DNA of 32,025 nucleotides from Perkinsus olseni (Eukaryota): NCBI GenBank assembly GCA_013115125.1, contig JABANN010000405.1, positions 1 to 32,025 of the forward strand, read 5' to 3'. Shown piece by piece: positions 24,101 to 32,025 of this stretch (position 1 is its first letter; each line of letters starts with the position of its first letter). The notes under the pieces were generated by a model. It saw only the letters and a program-made list of their open reading frames with translations, ran no database searches and was not told where the DNA came from. The position numbers and the translations under genes were made by a program.

Positions 24101-24661
24101 TATTCAGAGGACACGCCCATCACTGTCTCTACCCCTTATTCGGGCCACGAAGACCATCCAAGTTCGTGTCAAAGCCCGCCATCAGTCAGCTACATAAGAT
24201 TCTGCGTATCAATCAGGAGCCCCACTACCCCACTACGTGGCTGTAATCGACACTAGTCCTCACGAAAGCCGCTACCAGAAAGATCACCTGGCGAGACCGA
24301 GGAGAGCCGTGAGGAGGGTGTCGGGGTCCTTGGCATCTTCCATCGCTTGTGCCACCGACACTCGGCGTCGCGATACTTCCGCGGTAAGCCACTAAGAAGA
24401 TAACACTGCAAGCTCATGAGCTTCTCTATAACTGCCTCATCGTATTTCCCGCCGATGAGCATACGCCGGGTTCCAGCCTCAGCGACAGAGCCCCCTGTGC
24501 GCCCCATCTATTACCTCCTTCTCATCAGCCGTCAGAACTCTCAGGTAGTCCATCCTCTTCTTAAGCATGTAAGCCAGGACCACCAGCGGCACTATCCGAT
24601 ACGCTGCCACGCCCCATTTCCGTTTAAAAAGGTGCATATTCGTCCATGTTGAGGAGGCCAT
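21160..24661 (-). CDS. ABC transporter, ABCB-like half transporter (TMD-NBD); 5' end uncertain
   Basis: Walker A GESGTGKTT, Q-loop VMQE, signature LSGGERQR, Walker B/D-loop AVLDEATSALD and H-loop HRPS, with hydrophobic exons upstream. Exons appear to continue to the ATG at 24661, but 23900-24661 could be a separate gene. Confidence 0.82.
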
Positions 24662-24760
24662 TCAGAGGGCGAGACAAATCCAGCGGGCGTCTTTGACCAC
24701 TCTCGAACACAAAGCCACGAAGAGTACAAAAACTGTATTGTGCATTTGATGAAGCTTCTC

Positions 24761-26091
24761 TCATTCACTTTTTGTGCCCTCCGTCGGAGCCTTGCCGTCG
24801 GCCGTGACTCCCACCAGAAGATGATCGTCGTTCTCATCACTGGACAGCTGTCGCTTCAATAACGTTGGAATGAGAGCTAGACATCCTAGGCCCAGCAAAA
24901 CCTGCGAAAACCAGCGTTAATTTACGTAGCAAAGCGGCAGAGAAATACCGCCAGTAGTACCAGGAAATTCTTCGCGTTGAAACCTCCGACGTGCTGTATC
25001 TCAGCCAGCTCACTGCCCATGTTAACCAGTATGACGTTGTTAGGTATAAGACCGAGCAGCGTGCCTGCAGAGGGCTCTGAGAGCTACTGAGTTACAGTGA
25101 TGATCGTAATACCAAAGAAAAAGGTCCTAGAGTTCAGGCCGAGATTCCCAGTGGAGATGTTTATGAACCAATTAGGTACTATGGGTGTTATACGTAAGAA
25201 AAGCATGTACCTGAGCCGACGGGAAAAGATCCTACCACAACGTTCCACAACTAACGATAGGATACTTCACGAGATTGAGCACCTCCCCTAAATGACGCCG
25301 AGGATTATTAAATTCAGATACGGAATCATAATTGTTCAACCATCAAGTTGTACAGGACAATTGAGGGCGTCTCGGAAGAGGTTAATGTCCATACACGAAG
25401 CGCATCAGGAATGGTGATGCTCCCTCCCCAAGGACTTAGTACCAGAACAAGCTGTCGCGCCTCTTGTCCAGTTGCCTCTTGAAGCGGGTCATAGCAGGCC
25501 GGAAGAAATGCATAACGACCGGACGGCCCACGACACGGAATAGCGTGTAGCATAGGGAGGCGCCGGCTGTAGCACAGGTAGATACTATCAGGAACCCCTT
25601 CACGCCTGATCACAGACACTCATCATTACCTCTCGGCAAAGAGGGACGGCGACATGAGTTGTGAATGGTGTGGTACGAGCCTGCATCCCACTTACGTCCG
25701 AATAGAGCCCCAGCCAGTAGTGAGAGAAATATCGGTCCTGGTATGGCGAAGGTCTGCAGGAACGTGTAGGAGGCGCAAAACAAGAGCATGACTTCAGCAT
25801 AGTGATCCTCAATGTAGAACTCGAGTGCTTCTTGCACCTGATCGCCTTCCTTCCCGCAGCATCATGAGGAATCCCTATTACCACTAAAAGGTCCTCGCCC
25901 GTGGTATTGGTGAGGAGTTGGGCGATGCTCTTATGGCCGAACGTCGTATAAAGCCGCTCCCTGTAGTGTGGGCTAAGAGGAGGGAACCTCTGGTAAAGTC
26001 GCCACATTACATACAGTGAGGTAGCGAAAAAGGACAGTAGGATCACCTGCACAGGGAGAGTAGCGACCGGAGTGCCAGACAGCAACGGCAT
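24761..26091 (-). CDS. TMEM41: TMEM41-like VTT/DedA (SNARE-associated) membrane protein
   Basis: YTFLQTFAIPGPIFLSLLAGALFG; CATAGASLCYTL; YMLFLRITPIVPNWFINIS; GTLLGLIPNN; last exon ends ...EGTKSE*. Confidence 0.85.
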
Positions 26092-28886
26092 ACTACCAAT
26101 GAAGTCATGTAGGAGCTGAACGACTTATCCTCTCTTTGAGCACGAGCGTCCCCTCCGACCTGACAATTCAACTGCGTACATGCACAGCGACGAGCTCGGG
26201 TACCTCTGCATTGCTCGGCAACCCTGCGGATTCCTCCTTGTGAATACCACCTGAGTGGCACTCGCTCAGCGGTCATGCATGATCATGAGACTCATCATTA
26301 CCTGCTAGTCGGGCGCTTCGTCGTGGCCGCACTTCTTTGTTATTCATAAACAGACAATGACACTGTCTCCTCTATGATTGCTCAACTCTTAACTAAACGC
26401 CTCCTCATCGCTGATGATATAATGCACAACGTATTGTGGTTTTGTAGTCTAAGTCTTACACCGACTGCACTTGATGAGAGCCTCTACCGCTCCATCATCA
26501 TATCGAAGCAAGAGCTCCGGCTTTAGACCTTGCATCCGCAAGGAGTTCAAGAGCCCGTCAAGATTCGATGCTATCGAGGAAATGCAGGGTGATTTCATCC
26601 TGGATCGTTCTCTCGAGCTTCCCAAGATCATACGATACTCACCGCGAAGGCTCTCTCGGCATTACCGCCGGACAACGAGGAGGAAGGACGGAATACTACT
26701 AGGAATTGAGGACCAATCATCGCATACGTTCGCAGTTCGTACCCGTCGATTGAAATTTCCTCTGTAGATGGTGCTGAACATAGTGTATCCACCCCGTTTC
26801 TCAGCGCAGAGGGCCCCACGGGGGGTCACGCCACTAGGTGGTCTTCGAGCTCTCTTCCCAACGCCAGGGGATGCCGGCTTCACAACGTACACGTACGCGG
26901 AGTGCGTAACCTATCCCCCTCCAAAAAACAGAATAGCACTAGTATAAATTAGTAGGCGACCGCTGCACCCGAGGACGAGTATGCGAAACTGGAGCGCAAC
27001 GAATAGGATAATTGAAAACGACACCGCGATGAAGTTGCCAAGTTGAGAATTTCAGATCTTTCGACCAGGCAATGCCGAAGGGACCAGGGCATGTGTAACC
27101 CACCTCGAAGATACTGACTTCTCCCTTGAAGTAATCAGCAACACGATCGTGAAGTTTCAGCGGGCCCATCTACTTCACTGTGGCGTAGAGTGGGGAATAC
27201 GTCCCTTCTCGATCGCGATGCCTTCAACTACTTTCCATAGAGGCATGCGATCAGCTTCATCGTGTCGTCATCTCCCATATAGCCATTGTGTCACGCAACA
27301 CGCGGTGAAAACGTATGAAACGTGAGAGCCCACAACGCGGCTGTTCCCGCTTCTTATTGGAGCCGAACAACCCCGCTCGCAACGCACATTGATGAAATGT
27401 AAAATTGTCAGCCCCACGAATCGATCCCACGACCACACGAGAGCAAGCGCAACACTTTAACCGCGTCACCAAAAATCCGGAGCTCACCGCGATATATAAC
27501 CGTCCCACGGGGGCCTGCAACGATGGATGTTCAGCGGACGAGATGAGACGCGCTCGTTTACCGGAAGAAGCTTGCCCACTTGGACCCTCTCTAGCTGTGG
27601 TAAGAGCAGCACTGCAAATCCTCAAATAAGCGATGTACTGGTCATAAAGCAGCTGAACGAGGTTAGTGTGCCAGGGTGTACCACAATACTCGGAAATGTT
27701 AACATTTCTGGCGAGGCTTAACCCGCACCTTCAACGGTTCCGAATAGCCTCCCAACCAAGAATACCCTGACTCGTTTTCTCCACGCCGGGAACAATGCAC
27801 CAAGAAGCTAGCGAAAGTGGGTTCTACGATTCGAATGTATGTGGCCGAGCGGTTAGTATATTGGACTATCATGCGAGATAACCAGATGCGATTCCGGCGG
27901 CAAGCTGTCGAGGATAGAGTAGACACGGTCGGGCGAAGCCTGCACTATCGCTCACCTACAAGATGCTTCTTGTGCCTCCCGAAGGAATCCTCTTTTTGCT
28001 GGAATTACCGGGTGCTGCGGTGAGTTGAATCCGGGCAACGCTGCACGTTCAGCTGAAACCGGATGGTGGGCCCACGCTTGCGTGCTTGAACGTCCCTGAG
28101 AATGTTTCTCCTCAGAGCCCCTCAAGTTGAGGGTATACCTCGAGGAACAACTCCTGATAGGGCGATTATCAGCAAGACAGTCCTAGGGGGGTGTTCTACA
28201 GACTCATTCTCAGACGCAGAATTGTCGGTTAGAACCTTTGCGGTGGGGTGCAGTAGCAGTTGTGTCCCAGTACGCCCCCCAACCCAAAACCTTGAGGCGC
28301 GGAGATTCCTAGGGGCGAGAGCCTTGACGAATGCGTGCACGTGCGTAGAACCCGATGGCATGAACATAGCGGATGGCGTGGAACCCGAACAACAACGAAC
28401 TGCGTGAGGATAGCCCATATTCAGCTCCTCATTGGATAGTCGATGAAGAAGCTTAGCAAACACAATCAGAATGACACTCCTAAACAATCCCTAACTGCAG
28501 CCTCAAGTCAGCCTGCACCGTACCACTTCGTAGGCGCAATGAGACACCTCGTGTCCCTGTTTTGTCTCTCACGCTAGTGGGCAAGTTCCCGGCGAACCAC
28601 GCTTGATTCGGCCGGCGCTCGAGAGAGGTTGAGATGATTATCGTTCGGCCTCCTGACGCTCTCAATGGCTCTTCCAACCGAGGCCTTCGAGAGGTAGCTC
28701 GTGCCTGCGTAGCCCCGAGTGCTATGCAAAGCATCTCCTTCGCCTCCGGCATGAGCAGCAACGCCATCGCCGCTGTCGTGAGGCTTCTGTCCATATCAAC
28801 GACATCAGTGGGGTTCCCACTCTGACTACCGCCCCTTATTGCGGAGACGAGTCGTTTTAATCGACCTGGAACTTCCGCAAGGGAAT

Positions 28887-28992
28887 GCTATGCGCACACG
28901 TGTTTCACGCTGCGATTCACTCCCCAGTCGTTGTTACAAGGGAGTCCGATAGTGTCACAAGCTATGCGTACACGTGTTTCACGCCGCAATTC
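28887..28992. repeat. 32-bp imperfect direct repeat containing CACGTG, upstream of the protease gene
   Basis: GCTATGCGCACACGTGTTTCACGCTGCGATTC (28887-28918) vs GCTATGCGTACACGTGTTTCACGCCGCAATTC (28961-28992). Confidence 0.8.
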
Positions 28993-29611
28993 TGTCCTTG
29001 ACTGTTGGAATCTGATGTAGTCAAGGGTGTAATAGTGGCGACCGCTCGCAGAATCCTGATCACCACAAGTGGCACCATGGGTGCACCACCATAATGCTGG
29101 TGATGTCACTGGGTGGTTTGACTGAGTCTTCCTGCGTCTCCTGTTAAGCTGACGCGCTTTCGAAATGGCCGCCTACCTACTCGTGCTGCTCTCCTTCATA
29201 CCTCTCTACGACTTCATCGACCAGGATATTGCGAGTCTGGCCTTTGTCGGATTCCAAACAAAGTGAGATGCTCTCCTGAACACCGCCCCATAGTAACATG
29301 AGGTGCCCTCATCTGGCAGGTATGGCAAACGCTACAGAGACGAAGAAGAGGAGAGCAAGAGGTCCCGCATATTCCAGGACAACTTGAAATTGATTGAAGA
29401 AGTCAACTCCCAAGGTGAGCGGCTTCAGCCACTCAAGGGACCGATGGCAAGCAATTCAGATCTTCCCTATAAGCTCGGAGTCAACGAGTATGCGAATCTT
29501 ACTTCCGAGGAGTTCTCTGCTCAAAAGCTTCGTCCTCTCAAGGTGGATAAGAAGATGAAGGGAACGATGCTCGTACAAGGTGCCAACCGAGACTCTTGTG
29601 CTTGGTGCTGA

Positions 29612-29764
<153 letters not shown>

Positions 29765-29834
29765 TGAGACTCCTCCCGAGCCTCTCAGCCACCGCGGTTT
29801 TTAGGTGCTCTCGAAGCGCAATATGCCATCGCTA

Positions 29835-29856
29835 CCGGCAACTTGCCGGCGGCAAG
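29835..29856. other. 7-8inv-7 scar, 8-mer CCGGCAAG (exonic)
   Basis: CCGGCAA-CTTGCCGG-CGGCAAG. Collapsing it to the 8-mer restores ACC GGC AAG CTT (TGKL). Confidence 0.92.
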
Positions 29857-30123
29857 CTTCTGTCCTTCTCCGAACAGCAGTTAGTCGATTGCAGCACGGA
29901 TTACGGGAAAAAGACGCTTGATTTCATCCGCGATGTGGTTGTATATCTCATCTTAGCGGCTGCGATGGAGGCCTCATGGAATACGCCTATGAATACATAC
30001 ATGATTACGGTATCGACCTGGACTCGACCTACCCTTACAATGCCAAGGATAATAAGTGCCTGGACACGCTTGTGAAGAACGCTGACGGGCTTTCAGTACC
30101 GAAGCATGAATCCGCTTAGCAAC

Positions 30124-30145
30124 CTCTTCAGTGAAGAGTCTTCAC
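30124..30145. other. 7-8inv-7 scar, 8-mer CTCTTCAC (intronic)
   Basis: CTCTTCA-GTGAAGAG-TCTTCAC. Confidence 0.9.
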
Positions 30146-30904
30146 TAAGACCGCAGAAATCGATCCATTGTAAGTTCGCTGCTCGCGTCAGGTGGGCGAA
30201 GTGAACGGCTACTACAGGCTAGATTCAACGGACGCCGCGCTGATGACAGCGCTGGTGGCTGCTCCCGTTTCAACTGCTATGTTCGCCGATGACGACCTCA
30301 GATTTTATTCTTCTGGAGTATACACATCATGTAAGATGCGGTACAGACTATGATGCGATCAAAATCCTACCGAGACTTGCTTTTTTAGACGTCTGCCAGG
30401 TCATAGGGGATATCATAAACCATGGTATTGTGGCTGTTGGTTACGGCACTGAAGAAGGGAAAGAGTGAGAAGAGTTGCCATCATGAGTACTAGGCGCCAG
30501 CTCCAGTCGCACTTCAGTTACTATCTCATGAGAAACTCGTGGGGACCATCCTGGGGGTTGGATGGCTACTTTAAAATAAAGCGGGGAGGAGATGGTGACT
30601 ATGGTGAGCAACGGCATGGATCATGACACAACCGAGCTTGTCGCTTTAGGCGAGTGCAATGTGCTTGAGTACATGTGTGTTGCGACTCTGAAGGCCAACT
30701 AAGAAGAGCCTTCGCTTCCCACTTACTTTGCTTACAAAAGTCTTGTTGGCTCGAGCCACAGCGAGGGTATGGGCGATATGTATTTAGGCAAGCCCCCACT
30801 TATTCCAGTTCTGATAAGCTCAATAACTCCCATTTGATTCCGATGGGTCCGCCTTTGCCTGAAAGCGGTCATTTTGACAAGACCAGGTGTTGGAGGCCGA
30901 GTAC

Positions 30905-31083
30905 TGTGAGGCTCACCTTGGTTTATTGATTATATTAATGTCGTAGTCTGTTGCTTCTCCGTTGTTGCTCATAGTCAACGCAAGGCGAGAAGGAGTATAA
31001 AGTCTTCTACCTAGATCTATTCGGGGGGCGGGAGTATTAGCTATGCACGCATGCACAAGATGATCGGCGCGCAATGAGTAACA
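30905..31083 (-). mobile_element. 3' LTR (179 bp) of a Ty3/gypsy element
   Basis: Minus strand reads TGTTAC...CTCACA, immediately preceded by polypurine tract GGAGGGGAAAG (31084-31094), with AATAAA near its 3' end, downstream of the integrase ORF. Confidence 0.7.
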
Positions 31084-31200
31084 CTTTCCCCTCCGAGTAG
31101 AGAAATGGGATGATGATGAATGGGATGATGATGAATGGAATTGAAGGTGAGTAGGAGTTCCCCCCTCTCTCATAGAAAGTTGATAATATGTGATAGTGAG

Positions 31201-31814
31201 TTAGTCAGAATCGATGTCAGGCTCGAAGCAGAGTTTGATATCTCGGGAACTAACTTCTTCTTCAGTTCCATCGTAACCAGTTAAGGTAATCCTGTTGCCA
31301 TTGATGGTTTTGATGCGAAAAGGGCCAATGTAGCGGGGTGCTAGTTTTGGGATACTAGCATCGCTTTTCTTAGCTTGTTGGTTCAACCAGACTAGATCGT
31401 CGATCTCGAGCTCGTCGTCTCTGTACTTCTGGTGCAGATGGGCTTTGGCTCGGCGACGTTGGAGAACTTTTTGGTGCTTGTTGTCAATGATGTCGTGTTG
31501 TAGTGTGTCACCGTAGGGGCTGTAGTGAAAGATGAGATTGTGAGGGCAGTGTACAGTTGTAGCATTAGTAGAGGTGTTGGGGTCAGCAGTAGGTGACGTG
31601 TTGATAGCGAAGCTGATACGATCACATAGTGTAGACCAGTTGGCAGTGTTGTTGGTGTTGATGTTGTTGGCTCTGTCGTGGTAAGGGTAGAGGAAGACTC
31701 GCAGTTTGTGTGCAACTTCACGATGTAGTCGTTCTAGTCGTCCATTAGATTGTCCAGAGTCAACTGGTGAGAGAAGATGTTCAGCTTGAATAGCTTGTAA
31801 GTGATCATTGAAGG
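31201..31814 (-). mobile_element. Ty3/gypsy integrase C-terminal half, 5'-interrupted
   Basis: QSNGRLERLHR (catalytic E region), W...SFAINTS and KLAPRYIGPFRI (GPY/F motif). Intronless, with codon usage unlike the host genes. Confidence 0.85.
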
Positions 31815-32025
31815 CAGGGTTATGTAATTCAGTGAAATCTCGCGGGCGAAATTTCAGAGTGAAATATTTCATGAAATTTCGCCAAGAATTTCATGAAATA
31901 TGAAATTCTGATTTTCGGGCGCGCGCTAACGCGCGCCAGAACTTCCAACTACCGAGGAGTCTTTTCTTATTCGTATTGGCGGCATTGGCGGCGGATTAAC
32001 GGAGTTGGTCCTAGGGATTGGGGCA
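31815..32025 (+). mobile_element. Candidate DNA-transposon end inserted into the gypsy integrase
   Basis: Begins CAGGGTTATGTAATTCAGTGAAATCTCGCGGGCGAAATTTC, followed by multiple GAAATTTC/TGAAAT motifs, and replaces the expected upstream integrase core. Confidence 0.55.

Noticed and set aside
25212-25442. snoRNA in the unusually long TMEM41 intron
   Set aside because: No convincing box C/D pair with terminal stem, and no H/ACA structure seen.
26400-28800. Short ORFs on both strands as genes
   Set aside because: No consistent exon chain or family motif could be built. It may hold degraded hypothetical genes.

Overview
Eukaryotic, gene-dense DNA with many short (~40-55 nt) introns. The architecture suggests a Perkinsus-like alveolate (inference, no database search). 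Genes, left to right: 3' part of a polycystin/TRP-type cation channel; a zinc-ribbon + RING-H2 E3 ligase; a diverged tandem duplication of [multi-exon unknown gene + intronless cyclin-L-like gene] whose left copy is dead; a hypothetical gene; TFIIH p62/TFB1; an ABCB-type half transporter; a TMEM41/VTT protein; a frameshifted cathepsin-L-like protease; and the 3' end (integrase, PPT, LTR) of a Ty3/gypsy element. The most striking signal is a stereotyped 22-nt scar: 7 nt of an 8-mer, the 8-mer's reverse complement, then 7 nt of the 8-mer, a net gain of 14 nt. It occurs perfectly at least 12 times with 12 different 8-mers, plus about 5 variants. The sister duplicate carries the plain 8-mer at homologous sites, and the scars frameshift a cyclin copy and the cathepsin. 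This geometry fits hairpin-type excision footprints of an 8-bp-TSD (hAT-like) transposon repaired by microhomology annealing. Four scars are phased 85-87 nt apart, and candidate GAAATTTC-rich element ends truncate neighbouring genes. Exon boundaries were read by eye.
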